A stretch of 64,000 bases of DNA from the human T2T-CHM13v2.0 reference genome, Homo sapiens. This document shows positions 50,560-64,000 of this stretch, one piece after another. Numbering within the stretch: the stretch's first letter is position 1; every line of letters begins with the position of its first letter. Position numbers and translations under genes: made by a program. Below the pieces are notes generated by a model. That model worked only from the letters and a program-made list of their open reading frames with translations, had not been told where the DNA came from and made no database searches. Location of the stretch: NCBI RefSeq assembly GCF_009914755.1, contig NC_060925.1; one strand, given 5' to 3'.

Positions 50560-50770
50560 AGAATGAACTATACTTACAGTGTTTAATATATATTATCTCA
50601 TTTGATCCTTAGGACAAAAAGTTATATACATGTGTATCTATAAATGTATGTATTTATCGCTTTTTATAGGTAGTATTGAAACCACAGTTCAAGGGCAGTA
50701 GCCCAAGATTACTCCACTAGTGAGCAATAAACTTGGGATTTTAAACACAGGCTTTGGTTTCAAAAGTCAA
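50560..50770 (-). mobile_element. MIR SINE
   Basis: ATTATCTCATTTGATCCT...GCCCAAGATTAC. Confidence 0.65.
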
Positions 50771-50852
50771 TTTTTTTAAGGCTCATAAAATAATTCTTTG
50801 GCTTAGCAAAGCCCCTTGCTTATTTATATATACCACTTTAAACATATTAAGT

Positions 50853-51290
50853 ATATTAGTTAGAAACATTTTGAATACTAGTGACAAAAAAAACTAACTC
50901 AAGCTAGTTTAGTAAAAAATGGAAACTTATCAGTTCAGTTGTCTGCAGGAGAAAGCAGGGGTGTGGCTGAGCACAGGCCCATGGAGCTAGGGACTCTTGT
51001 TCTCTCAGGCCTCTCTTTCTCTCCCTCTTTTTCTTTCCTTTTCTTTTGCACACCACCTCCCCATTCCCCGCTTTTTTTTTCCAGACAAGCTTCTTTACAT
51101 AATGAGAAGCAAAACCTTCAGCAACATCTCTAGCTGGTTTGGGTTAGATGCCCATCTCTGGACTCATGAATTGTGGCCAAAACAACGGGGCCCTATCGAG
51201 TAAAGCCCCCTTTAGAACCTCCGCATGTCTAGAATCAGGGAGAGACGAGATTCCCCAAAGAGGGAGGTTAACATTCCCAGAAGGAGGGAA
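50853..51290 (-). mobile_element. Old MLT1 (K/L-like) LTR
   Basis: AGTGACAAAAAAAACTAACTCAAGCTAGTTTAG; GATGCCCATCTCTGGAC; ATTCCCCAAAG. Confidence 0.6.
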
Positions 51291-51614
51291 TTATATGATT
51301 TCAACTTATATTCTCATATGGATAGAAATGCATTTACCACACTCCTAATGTAAATCAGAATTTCTGATTTTCTGGTGCTCTAACCACATTTCCTAATGCT
51401 ACATTGCACCCAGCACAATGTCTGGCACCCAGAGATGTTCAACTGCTATTCTTCAAAGTATAAATACATTTCACCCATTTTTACTTTCATTCTACTGCTT
51501 CATTAAAAATATTTTGTATTTTCTTACATTCCATCTGGAAGTCTATAACTTAGTACCTGTGTAATAAGGGATTTGGCACTATCACCTCTCTAAAATAACA
51601 TGTTAAAATGGTAA

Positions 51615-51942
<328 letters not shown>

Positions 51943-52117
51943 AGGGAGACATATTTATATGTAAAAAGCAAATGTATCTTGTCATTGGATGCTCATCCAC
52001 AAGAGTCACAAACCCCATTCTAACACCAGCTTTGTGGTTTACTAAGTGATATCAATTTCCCAGCGTGGCAGATGACAATGTGTGTATGTAACTTGAATAA
52101 AAGCCAGGGCAAAGAGT

Positions 52118-52726
52118 TGAAACCAGCCTCATTGTCTGGGTATTACTGGAAGTTCTTGTTATCACGGCAGAGGAAATCAAGGATGCGGACACTCCAAAGG
52201 TGAGGTTAGAGCAGAAGTTTAATAAGCGAAAGGAAGAAAGCTCTCGGGAGCAGAGAGGGGTCCCAGAAAGATGGGTTGCCATTTTACAATGAAATGCAAG
52301 GGTTTTTATAGACAAGCTGGTGGGGAGGGTGTTTCATTTACATAAGGCTCAAATTTCTGACAGTTCCCACCCCAGTTTTTCTAGTGCTCATGCGGGCTCC
52401 TTAGTCTGAGTTACTCCATGTTGCCTATCTCTTCCCACTGCGCATGTGTGAAAAAGGCCAGGAGGCGGGACCCTCTACAGTGGACGCTCCTGGTCCAGGG
52501 TAGCTCTTCTTATTGGTGCTGCTGCAGGCACTCCCTGCTGTGCAAACCTCCTTGTCTGAGTATTTCCAAGAAGGGAGAGGACTGTGCTTACTGGGGCCCA
52601 CTGTATGTCTGTATGTCACACAGGAGGCCCCTTTCTGTGTTAGAAGCTGCTTTTTTGTTAGAAGGGAATTCTACTTAGGACCCTTGCCCTATCTGCCTAG
52701 TTGATTTCTTTCTCTCTCCTCTCACA
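52118..52726 (-). mobile_element. ERV1 (MER4-group, MER50-like) solo LTR
   Basis: TG...CA ends; antisense ATTAAA signal (GTTTAATAAGCGAAAG); 4-bp TSD GAGT. Confidence 0.8.
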
Positions 52727-53031
52727 GAGTGTCACAGAAAGAACTCCAATCCATCAAGCAAAAGTAATTAACAGCAATTCAAATCTTTATTGGACTCTTA
52801 GAAAATAAACAAGGAGATCTAATTTGTAGCTCCCACATAGATTTTTGTCTCCACTCCTGTTGTTTTTAATTAATTCAATAATATTTACTAAATGTCTCCT
52901 ATGTGTCAGACGTGCTTCCAGTGCCCATAGAGCCTGCATGTCTCCACTCCCCGAGTTCCCCTCTCCACTCCTTGGATTCAACTCTCAACTTCAAACTGAG
53001 TTTTGAAGTCAGTCAGGAGTGGGGGAGGGCG

Positions 53032-53411
<380 letters not shown>

Positions 53412-55048
53412 TAATTCTGCACATTATTTTAATTATTTCTAACAAGTACCTTGATCTTCATTTGTGAAATCTAGTGACCCAAAGGCAGCTCCCAACCTCC
53501 CTGGGAGTTGATAGGGGTGGGGTTGGGAAGAGAGGGGAGAGAGGAAGAGCTGCTCTTCCCAAGAAGGGTTTTTGTTTTGTTTTGTGTTTATTTGTTTTGG
53601 CTTTTGGTTTTTAGTAGATGGGGGATGTACACGTGAGAGGTGAGGGAGAGAGCAGACTGCAAACCCTGTAACTGATCCATGTATTATCTGTTCTTTTAAC
53701 TGAGTAACATGCTTTTCAAAAGTGTTTTTCCATGTTTCAGAGACAGAAAAGGGGAGAAAAAGAAGAAGAAAAGGGAGAGGAAAAGGTAAAAGAAAAGAAG
53801 AGAATGAATTGCAGCTGAGGAAGTGGAAGAGCGAGAAGCGCTTCCAGATACCAGGTAACCTCTTTCTTTGACTCCTGATTTGCCACTCATCTCCCTAAAT
53901 GCCTTAATGACCTGTCACACAGGTGACTCACATGAAGGCCACATGGTGTATGTTTCTCTTACCCCTGTCTGCTATTGAAGACATAGGATTTAGTTTTGGG
54001 AAGATGTGTGCTGGAGAAATAAAAAGCAGACACAGTGGTTGAATGCAAAATGAATCATAGGAATTATCCAGTAAAATGGCTTAAAATCATATTCCAGGCT
54101 CTGAAGTCATGGAAAGTCTCTCTTAATGCATTGGAACCTAATCTAGTAATTTCACCTGGGTTCCCCATCCAGGCATCTCTTTTCTAATTTGTTCAGAAGT
54201 AAACAAGGTAACAGCTTTTAAACAGCCAATTGCCATGGACATTGATAAAATCTACAGGTTTCATTACCTGATGTCCAAAGACATTTCGTCCTATTTACAT
54301 CAAAAACACTTTGGAATTCTGAAAGACAGCAAGCCTTTATTTGAAAGAAATACACGTTGAAGTTCTTTAAGGATGAAAGCAGAACTGTCTTGGAGCTGAT
54401 GCTAAAGCAGAGTGAGAAGACCACGTGTATTTTCAAATAAATTTTGAAAAACTCCTGAGACTTGGGAAAGGGTGTAATAGAACAGTGCCTATAACTGAGC
54501 CTTGCAGAAGCTTATCACAGCATAGAAGAAATTGATGGAAAACTCACATGGGCATCAGAAGTTTCCTTTTATTGGAAACTTTTGCAGTTTTGGAGACTCC
54601 TTATAAAGACCTGAGTTGTTAGCAGGCATCTAAATCTGGCACTAGAAACAATTGAGATGATTTTACAGTGTATCTGCCCAGATCCTCACTACTAGATTTT
54701 CTGGGTGTTTTCTTATTTTTGACACTTGCTCAATCAAATTGAGGCAGTCTTTTAAATTTCTGTCTAAAATTAACTGGTATTTTCAGGTATATTGGCATCA
54801 TTTTAAAATCCATTTATTTTTAAGAACATTTGAATGTGAAAAGAGATGTATATGCAAACTGTTGGATCAGGCAAGTTTCCTTCAGGCTGTCTGGATGTGT
54901 CTATCTATAGCATTTGGCACATACCTAGCTGTCACTCAAAAAAGATAGCTGATGTTCAAAGTTAATCTGAAGTACCTACTTGAAGTCTGCTTTATTTATT
55001 TTTTTAATTTGGCCAGTTCATTCTTGGGGAATGGAAAGGAAGGAAAAT

Positions 55049-55408
<360 letters not shown>

Positions 55409-55849
55409 TTATATTGAACATTAGAGAGTTCTTCAAGTGAATGTCGAATATTAGTCTGTCATTTTACATTAGAAGCAATGGGCTTAAGTCCTCAAACCAC
55501 ATTATAGCTAGACAACACAAAATGTTCACCCTTAGTGTTAATTAACTCGAATACTCAGGTCAAAGGTCTTTATTTTGGCCTATGAATAACCAAATACTGA
55601 TAATCCACTTTGGTGATTGAGATTGCAAATCTACAGGTTTTGGGGGATTGAAGTAGGGTTGTTTTTTGGGGGTTGGATCTGGAGTTTGTAAAAATCTGTT
55701 ATGGGGCTAAAACAACTGGAATTCACCTCTTTGTCTCTGAAATCTTAGAGATAAAGCCTATATCCTTAGTATATAGCCTGGGGTTTGAAGAGAATTGATG
55801 CTGATGGACTCTTGGTTGCCTACCTGTATCATTTCTTCTTTGTTTCTAC

Positions 55850-56364
55850 CAGAACCTTGATTTTGTTTAGATATCTCCTCCTGTCCCACATAGTAATGCA
55901 TTTCAGGGGAAGCTGACCCCAATCCCACCTCTAGGTGTGGGCCTGATTGGCAGAAACATGACAATCTCATCCCCTTGCTCATGTTTAGTTCAGTGATAGG
56001 CATGGGGCGCAGCTCTGGCCAGTGAAACTAGAGGCAAAGTTTGCTGGGTGGGGGCAGAAGAGGAGTTCCAAGGACCATTTCTGAGAGAGGATTATAAAGA
56101 TATATTTCCCTTATTCCTCTGAATGTTGCTGTATTTGCATGTGATGCCTGGAACTGCTGCAGCTATGTTGCTACCAGCCTGAGGTTAATGTTGATATAAG
56201 GAAGGGAGAGCAGAGTAAAAAAGAATCTGGCTCTTCAATGACCATGATAAGCCACTGAATCAACTAACTACTTCTAGACTTCTTTCTCTGTGAGATAATA
56301 AATTTCCCTATTGTTAACACCATTGGGTTTCTTTTATTGCCAGACAAATGGACCATAACTGATA
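55850..56364 (+). mobile_element. MLT1J-like LTR
   Basis: TGTGATGCCTGGAACTGCTGCAGC; GCCACTGAATCAAC; GAGATAATAAAT; AACTGATA. Confidence 0.82.
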
Positions 56365-57094
56365 AAGCTGTCCGTGGGGATTTGGAGCCTTGGTCGATTC
56401 GGTTGCTGAAATAGCTTTCCTAGTGCCACAACTTACAATAATGTGGGCTTTAACTATTCTATCAAAAATGAAAGCTGTATGAGACAGCTCAGCTGAAGAT
56501 ATGCCATTTTAGAGCAAGAATCAAAGCTAGTCTGTGTGATTTGGGGTGATCCAACAAACTTCAGTGTCGCTTATTAAATTGGGCTGAAAGTGCCTCTATT
56601 TCCCAGAAGTACTTTCAGGATAAATTCAATTATATAGTTTTAAAGTACTTTTAGAAGAAAGACATATGAATTTGAATAATGATAGCCTTTTCTGACATGT
56701 CTTTATATCCATATAAGAACAAAGGCTTCTAGCATTTCGTCTCTCCTGAGTCTATGGAGTAATCAAGCATGTATGCTATTGTAATTTCAGTGGTAGCAAA
56801 GAAAAAAAAATAATTCACAGAGAAAATCACTATAGAGATGTACTTCTGAGATCCATTCCCATTATACTTGGACAAAATAGCCGCCCATAAGTGACACAGA
56901 AGTATACAGAATCTCAGAACTAGACTTTTGACACCCCAGTGGAGTGCAGATTCTGTAACATCATGCAGAAACGAACAGAATGGTTTTGAAGCAAGTTTAA
57001 AGACAAAATTAATATACAGTTATTTTAAGAGGAGAAACATACTATGTTTGTGGGTAGACTGATTCAAGTTGAAACATGCTAAATTTTCATGAGC

Positions 57095-57535
57095 AAGAGA
57101 ATGAATGAATACAATTGAATATTATGTAGCAGTGAAAATTAACAGACAGGATGTACCTACATTTACATCAATGAACTGCACATGTATAACAATAAACAGA
57201 AAAAGTAAGACATAGAAGAATATATACAATATGTTAGTATAAAAAATAGTACCATGTAAAGTGAGACTATTCTTTAGGGATATTACATTTATAGTAAGTA
57301 TAAAGAAACTCATGATGGTGATAATCACTGCATTTAGAATACTTGCTACCTCGGAGCATTAGGAAAGGGAATGTGACCAGAGGGAAAAGCAAATGGGTAT
57401 TTTACACTTTAAATTATATTGAAATATTTTATTCTTTAAATTGAATAGCAAATGCATGAATCTTCACTCTATTATTTTTATAGTTTTATTGTTTGTGTGA
57501 AATTTTATAAGATGTTTACAATAAAACAAAATAAG
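57095..57535 (+). mobile_element. L1ME 3' end
   Basis: GAATATTATGTAGCAGTGAAA; AGAAAAAGTAAGACATAGAAGAATATATAC. Confidence 0.75.
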
Positions 57536-57843
57536 ACTCTCAGTTTTATCCCTGATGGGAGACACACTGGTACTGAAAATTTTCTCAGCTGTGTGAGAAT
57601 GACAGTCTCACTTTTGACTTAGAAGATTCTAGGTTCACTACTCACTGTGGTGTTTTTCTAACCATATAAAGAGGGAAGCTCCTTGATACTTATGTAAGAG
57701 AGCCAGACAAATATGTGAGTCTAAATAGAGTCTCTGGTTAGTTTATTATAATTGTTTTTCTTTCAATCCATGTCAAATGTACTACACTGTACTCTAGCAG
57801 GCAGGGTTATACTGCTCAGATACTCTTCCCCTTGCAAGGTAAT

Positions 57844-58370
57844 TGTCATGGCTTTTTTTATGCGTCAATGTGACTGGCTCAGAAGATGCCCAGATATCTG
57901 ATTAAAAATTGTTTTTAAATGTGTCTATGAGAGTGATTCTAGAAGAGGTTAGAATTTGCATCGGTAGACTGAGTAAAGTAAATGGTTCTCCCTGTGTGAG
58001 AGGGCATTATCTGACCTGCTGAGGACTCAAATAGAACAAAAAGGTAGAGGAAGTTTCACTTTACTCTCAGCATCTGGCTGCCTAGGCTAAGACATCTGTC
58101 TTCTTCCTTCCTTACACTGGGACTTACACCATCAGAGTTCCTGGTTCTCAGGCCTTCGGATTCAAACCAGAGTTTACACCACTGGCTTTCCTGGGTCTCT
58201 ACTTCGCAGCTTCTCCAATTATGTGATTCAATTTATATATATAAATATGTGTGTGTGTATATATATTTATTTGTAATTAATTAATATTTATTTTAATTAT
58301 TTTCATTAATATAATTTATATATTTATTTTAATTAATTTTTATATTTTATATATATAAAATCTTCTGTTA
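57844..58370 (+). mobile_element. MLT2 (C/D-like) ERVL LTR
   Basis: TTATGCGTCAATGTGACTGG; GACTGAGTAAAG; AATAGAACAAAAAGG; GGTTCTCAGGCCTTCGGA. Confidence 0.88.
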
Positions 58371-58399
58371 CTTTGACCCATTGTCCCATTGTCATCTTG

Positions 58400-58600
58400 C
58401 AATAACTCTTCACCACACATCTCTCCTTCATGGCATTTAAGGCAGTTGTATTTATATTTATTTGTGTAATCAATTGATCAATGTCTGTTTTCCAGACAGA
58501 CTGCAAACTCCAAAAAGGCAGACTATCCTGTTTTACTCACCATTATATTCCCAGAGCTTAAAAAAGTGTTCAGTGTATACTGGCTGAATTAATTGAGTAA
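58400..58600 (+). mobile_element. L2 3' end
   Basis: AGACTGCAAACTCC...CTGTTTTACTCACCATTATATTCCCAG. Confidence 0.7.
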
Positions 58601-59144
58601 AATAAAACAGGATCCACATCACTTTTTTTCTTCACCGTAGCCTACTGACATAAAGACTTTCTTAAATTTTTCCCAGTGACATAAAAAAATGGGTTACTGT
58701 CTTCCTTCTCACCATATCTTTCTGTTTCATTTTTCTTGATTATTCTTAACACTACTTGTCTATTTTATTTTTGGTTTCTCAAACCCGACTTGGGATAGGT
58801 GATACCAGGAAACATGAGGAAGGCAATAAGAAGAGTGAGGCAGTAGAGAAGACAAGCCAGGGAAGGAGACTGGAGCAAGATTCTGATCTGAGGGAAGAGG
58901 CACCACATGTCCACACCCTCAGAAGACTGACTGGTCTTCATTCTGTGGTATAACTAGAAGCGGGGAATTGATGGGGAGCTGGAAATTATGCATCTTGGAG
59001 GAAGGGCCAGTCAAATTAGTTGGCCACGAACTCACTGCTTATGTAGATTCTGGGGACATAGTGTGGCATAGTGGTTGAGATGCAGGCTGCAGAGTTAGCC
59101 AGACGTGGTTCAGACTGAGGTAGGTTTGAGATCTCCTTCTGCCA

Positions 59145-59420
59145 GTGCACCGATTGGGGAGCTTTGGGCTGTAATCAACAGAAAACCTAACCCAGATGAG
59201 CTTAAACAATAAGAAATTTATTGACATAGCTGGAAATTCAAGTTTGGGTAACTTTCAGGGTCAGCTTGATCCAGTGGCTCTTATTCTTTTTTCTTCTTCT
59301 TCTTCTTATTTTTTGCCATACTTTCCTCCCTCAAAAAGTACATGTACTTTTCTCTGTCTGCTTTGTCCCCAGGCTGGTTCCTCCCTTGGTGATTCTGCAT
59401 GCATGCCACCTTCCCAACAT
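59145..59420 (-). mobile_element. Old MLT1 LTR fragment
   Basis: CAACAGAAAACCTAACCCAGATGAGCTTAAACAATAAG; TTGATCCAGTGGCTC. Confidence 0.7.
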
Positions 59421-60294
59421 CAGCCTTTTTCCTCTTCTAGGAGATCCCAGATTTTTTTTTTCTTACTGTAAAGACAATATAGGTTCATTTTAAGAATTTG
59501 AAAAATAAAGAGAATAATACATAAAAATTAAAATTATCACTAATACTTCTATTTTGAAAAATCTCTAATGAGCATATATATATATTTTACATATACTTGT
59601 GAATATCTTTAAGATACATCTGTGTGTATGCATGTGTGTATATATCTCATCATGTATGTTAAAACAGTTTGGCTTTCATTTATATTCTGTTTGCCAGATT
59701 TATTCTGTTTGCCAGATTTAATCTTCTCTTATTAGACATTTTGTTGGGTTTTAATAAACATGACATTACTTTTCCAAAAAGAAATTAATTTGAACTTTAT
59801 ATAGTTGTTTAAATCTAAATGACCAAGTTATGCCTTTTATGCAAAGGTATTAAACCTAATTGCCTTGCAGCAGGGTTTCTGTTTAGTTGATAGTACTTGT
59901 TTTTACTTAGAACACTTAGCTGATTTGAAATTGAGTATTAGTCTTCTGGTTTTGCCTTGTGTTGTTTGATGTTGGATTTGAGAATAGTTTGCCTGGGGCC
60001 TTCTTAAACCTACATTGAAATAGTTTCCTTGTCTGGTGATTTTTATGTCAGAAAAGTTCCGTGAACTTGTATCATATTTACTCCCTGGTGCCAGGTTACT
60101 GTGCTCTCTGGGGGAGCGCCTGTACACATACATTTATGAACATAAGGATGGTAAATTGATTGTGGAAAATTCCCTTTATACATGTAGAGGAAATGCTTTT
60201 TAACAATATATACATTCTGAGTCTAACACTGCCAAGAATATAAAACCCCAAATCCCTAGCCTGTGTAATGTGTAATTATCTGTGAAACTAGATT

Positions 60295-60343
60295 TGTGTG
60301 TATGTGTTTGTGTGTGTGTGTGTTTATGTGTGTGTGTGTGTGT
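60295..60343. repeat. Imperfect (TG)n
   Basis: TG run with interruptions. Confidence 0.9.
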
Positions 60344-61424
60344 CAAGACACAGAGCTTGGTCCCCATCACCTGTGGGTAATTAGCTGGGATTGCGGAGTG
60401 CATCTGGCTATCCTTGTAGACATCAGTCTCTGTTATGCAGAACCAATAATGGTTTCTCATCCTGGAAGCAACCCCCTGCTAATCTTGGTGAAATAGCAGT
60501 AGCACTCACAGCAGCTCTGCTTTCATTAAAAATTAATGGTGATGTGGGCACTGGGAATTAATTATGAGCTGTGAAATCTATGTCTGATATGTTTAAGAAA
60601 AAAGAAAACTATGACTGCTCAAAATAGACTATTTTCAATGCATTTTGGGTGTTCCCTTTCTACCACAAAAAAGGTTTAATTGATTTCAAAACTCCTTTTT
60701 TTGCTCTTTTTATTAAAAAATACACAGTTCGAAGTGCTTCTTTTGCTCTTCAATGATTAAAAAAAAACAAATAGTTCTTCCTTCCAAATAATTCTTTCTA
60801 ATAAAACTGGTAATATGTTCATAATTTTGCTGGCAATTTGGGTACTAGAATGTTTATATCTTATTGAAAGCTTAGAACAATAGTAATGAAATCAGAAGAG
60901 ATTTATTATTTGCTGCTGTTACTTGTTTAGTATTTGTTTCTGTTAATTATTTGAATTACATGAAATATGTTTTGCATTAAATCTTTCAGTATGAAGGAAC
61001 AGATGCTTGGGAAGATAGAAAAGAATCCTTTTGCCTTGGGAATGTTTTCTCCTGTTTTTTTATGATTTGGAATTTGGTGCTTTTCCAAGGTATTCTAAAT
61101 GCTTAATGAGGTCTGGTAAGGATGATATGACAGGCTTATAGGAAGTGCTAATTTTTACAAATGAGTTCTTTCAGGATTTGCCCTCAGGATTTCACTACCC
61201 TACGTTTTGAAAGAAAAAGCTCAAAGTAAGGTACTTATGTCCTGAAATATCTGTGGGGCATGCTCTTTCCTTCCTTCTTCCCTCCCTCCCCCCTCCCCCA
61301 CCTTTTCTTCCTTCTCATTCATTTATTCATTCAATGATTTCTTCATCCCCCATTTTTGATTACCTTAGGTGTTCACTGCACTTGGTTCTCTCTGAGATGT
61401 GAAGATAAAACAAAGCCCTAATGA

Positions 61425-61690
61425 GCCTTTATTTAATCCTTACAGCAACCCTATGGGTTAAGGTTAAACTATCATTTCCATTTAAGAAATCAAGGCTTAG
61501 GAAGTTAAATCCTTGGTTGCTCAAGGTCGCTGAGTTAGTAAATGATAGGTCAGGGTCTTTTTTTTCTGTCTTTGCTCCCTTGGAGCGAACTCTCTCCCTG
61601 TTCTCCCTATGTGTCAGAGATGGCTCTGAACCCAGATCTGTGGGTTTCCAGAATGTAAGCTCATTACCCTACACCATTCTGCATTAACAC
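61425..61690 (-). mobile_element. MIR SINE
   Basis: ATTTAATCCTTACAGCAACCCTATG; GCTCAAGGTC; CTGAACCCAGATCTG. Confidence 0.75.
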
Positions 61691-61852
61691 ATGAGATAGA
61701 AAAATGTGAGAACGATGAAGCATGATTTAAATAGACTCAACTAAAATGTAGATGAATCCGTGGATGATAAAATCTTCAGGAAGTTAATTTAAGAATGATA
61801 CCATTTATTGTGCACTATTATGTCCAAGAAGTATTTACATTAGTTATCACTA

Positions 61853-63449
61853 TTTTTTTTTGTTGTATGTGTGGTTTTTTAAAAAAATTTTTTAAATTAT
61901 ACTTTAAGTTCCGGGATACATGTGCAGAACGTGCAGGTTTATTACATAGGTATACACGTGCCATGGTGGTTTGCTGCACCCATCAACCCATCATCTACAT
62001 TAGGTATTTCTTCTAATTCTATCCCTCCCCGCAAGCCCCCACCCACCGACAGACCCTGGTGTGTGATGTTCCTCTCCCTGTGTCCATGTGTTCTCATTGT
62101 TCAACTCCCACTTATAAGTGAGAATATGCGGTGTTTGGTTTTCTGTTTCTGTGTTAGTTTGCTGAGAATGATGGTTTCCAGCTTCATCCATGTCCCTCCA
62201 AAGGACATGAACTCATCCTTTTTAATGGCTGCATAGTATTCCATGGTGTGTATGTGCCACATTTTCTTAATCCAGTCTATCATTGATGGGCATTTTGGTT
62301 GGTTCCAAGTCTTTGCTATTGTGAGCAGTGCTGCAATAAACATAATGTGTGCATGTGTCTTTATAGCAGCATGATTTATAATCCTTTGGTTATATACCCA
62401 GTAATGGGATTGCTGGGTCAAATGGTATTTCTGGTTCTAGATTCTTGAGGAATTGTCATACTTCTACAATGGTTGAACTAATTTATACTTCCACCAACAG
62501 TGTAAAAGTGCTTCTATTTCTCCACATCCTCTCCAGCACCTGTTGTTTGCTGACTTTTTAATGATCGCCATTCTAACTGGCATGAGATGGTATCTCATTG
62601 TGGTTTTGATTTGCATTTCTCTAATGACCAGTGATGATGATCTTTTTTTCATATGTTTGTTGCCTGCATAAATGTCTTCTTTCGAGAAGTTTCTGTTCAT
62701 ATCCTTTGCCCACATTTTGATGGGGTTGTTGGTTTTTTTTTTTCTTGTAAACTTGTTTAAATTATTTGTAGATTCTGTATATTATCCCTTTGTCAGATGG
62801 ATAGATTGCAAAAATTTTCTCCCATTCTGTAGGTTGCCTGTTCACTCTGATGATAGTTTCTTTTGCTGTGCAGGAGCTCTTTAGTTTAATTAGATCCCAT
62901 TTGTGAATTTTGGCTTTTGTTGCCATTGCTTTTGGTGTTTTAGTCCTGAAGTCTTTGTGCATGTCCTGAATGGTATTGCTTAGGTTTTATTTAGGGTTTT
63001 TAGGTTTTAGGTCTTATGTTTAAGTCTTTAATCCATCTTGAGTTAATTTTTGTATAAGGTATAAGGAAGGGGTCCGGCTTCAGTTTTCTGCATATGGCTA
63101 GCCAGTTTTCCCAATACTATTTATTAAATAGGGACTCCTGTACCCATTGCTTGTTTTTGTCAGGTTTGTCAAAGATCAGATGGTTGTAGATGTGTGGTGT
63201 TATTTCTGAGGCCTCTATTCTGTTCCATCGGTCTATATAGCTGTTTTGGTTGCTATAGCCTTGTAGTATGGTTTGAAGTCAGGTAGCATAATGCCTCCAG
63301 CTTTGTTCTTTTTGGTTAGGATTGTCTTGGCTGTGCAGGCTCTTTTTTGGTTCCATATGAAGTTTAAAGTAGTTTTTTCTAATTCTTTGAAGAAAGTCAG
63401 TGCCCAAAGTAACTTACTGATTCAATGCTATCCCTATCAAGCTACCATT
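61853..63449 (-). mobile_element. L1PA7-like, 5'-truncated with a short 5' inversion; inserted into a MIR
   Basis: Antisense ORF2 C-terminus (CWRGC, MFIAALLTIAKTWNQPKCP) and 3'UTR; + strand piece at 63401-63450; TSD GTTATCACTA. Confidence 0.95.
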
Positions 63450-64000
63450 GTTATCACTAACTCTTACTGAAATCCTATAAGGTTGTCCCATCTACAGATG
63501 GAAAACTGTGGCTTAGTTTAGAAAGATTATCTTGCTGAAGACCATAGATCTAGAAAAAGTTTGGAGATTTAAAGCCAGGTGTGTTTGATTTAGGTTCTTT
63601 TCATGACACCACATGATCTTTGGAGGTTGAAGTCATAGAGAGCCACTTGCTATGACAGAGAGGAATCAACTAGAAGTTTACATATTCTCTTATTGGGTGC
63701 TTAGCATATGCCAGGCTTTGCGCCAAGCACCTAAGCTACAGCCATTGTGGACCAACAAATCTTTCCCTCAAAAACCTACTGTCTAGTCCTTCTGACACTG
63801 AAATCAAAGCTGCTTTTAGCCCACTGCCTATGAGAACATTTCTGACATATCTATTTATTTTGACTAAAAATGGTGCATAATCAGGCCATATTTCTGAAAA
63901 TGTTAATTAGGAAAGCAATTTTCTGTTTTCATTAAGGACAAGTGTCTTGGGTGAGGAGAGGGAAGAATAAAAGTTAATATTTGGTGAAACACTGGGCCAC

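Noticed and set aside
59682-59720. Two-copy ~19-bp tandem (ATTCTGTTTGCCAGATTT)
   Set aside because: Ordinary slippage duplication
62101-62962. Minus-strand ORFs with clear protein similarity
   Set aside because: Frameshifted L1PA ORF2 C-terminal fragments, not a gene

Overview
Human/primate intergenic DNA: AT-rich, CpG-poor and dense in transposon fossils. I can support no intact protein-coding gene, RNA gene, CpG island or CRISPR array. A perfect CTCF core (CACCAGGTGGCGCT, 3641-3654) lies in a segment I recall as the published human 'A1' insulator, which would place the window on chr1p31 (from memory, not verified). Recognisable repeats include Alu/FLAM/FRAM, MIR, L1PA/L1M, L2, a split L3/CR1, THE1/MST/MLT/MER57/LTR41 LTRs, a two-LTR MaLR provirus, and hAT and Tigger DNA elements. 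The main finding is that seemingly unique DNA at about 17.35-24.9 kb reads, by manual translation across frameshifts and younger insertions, as a near full-length ancient L1-clade LINE (ORF1, endonuclease, RT, C-terminal CCHC region). Its motifs resemble fish/amphibian/reptile L1s more than the canonical mammalian L1. Subfamily names and boundaries come from recall of consensus sequences and are approximate.
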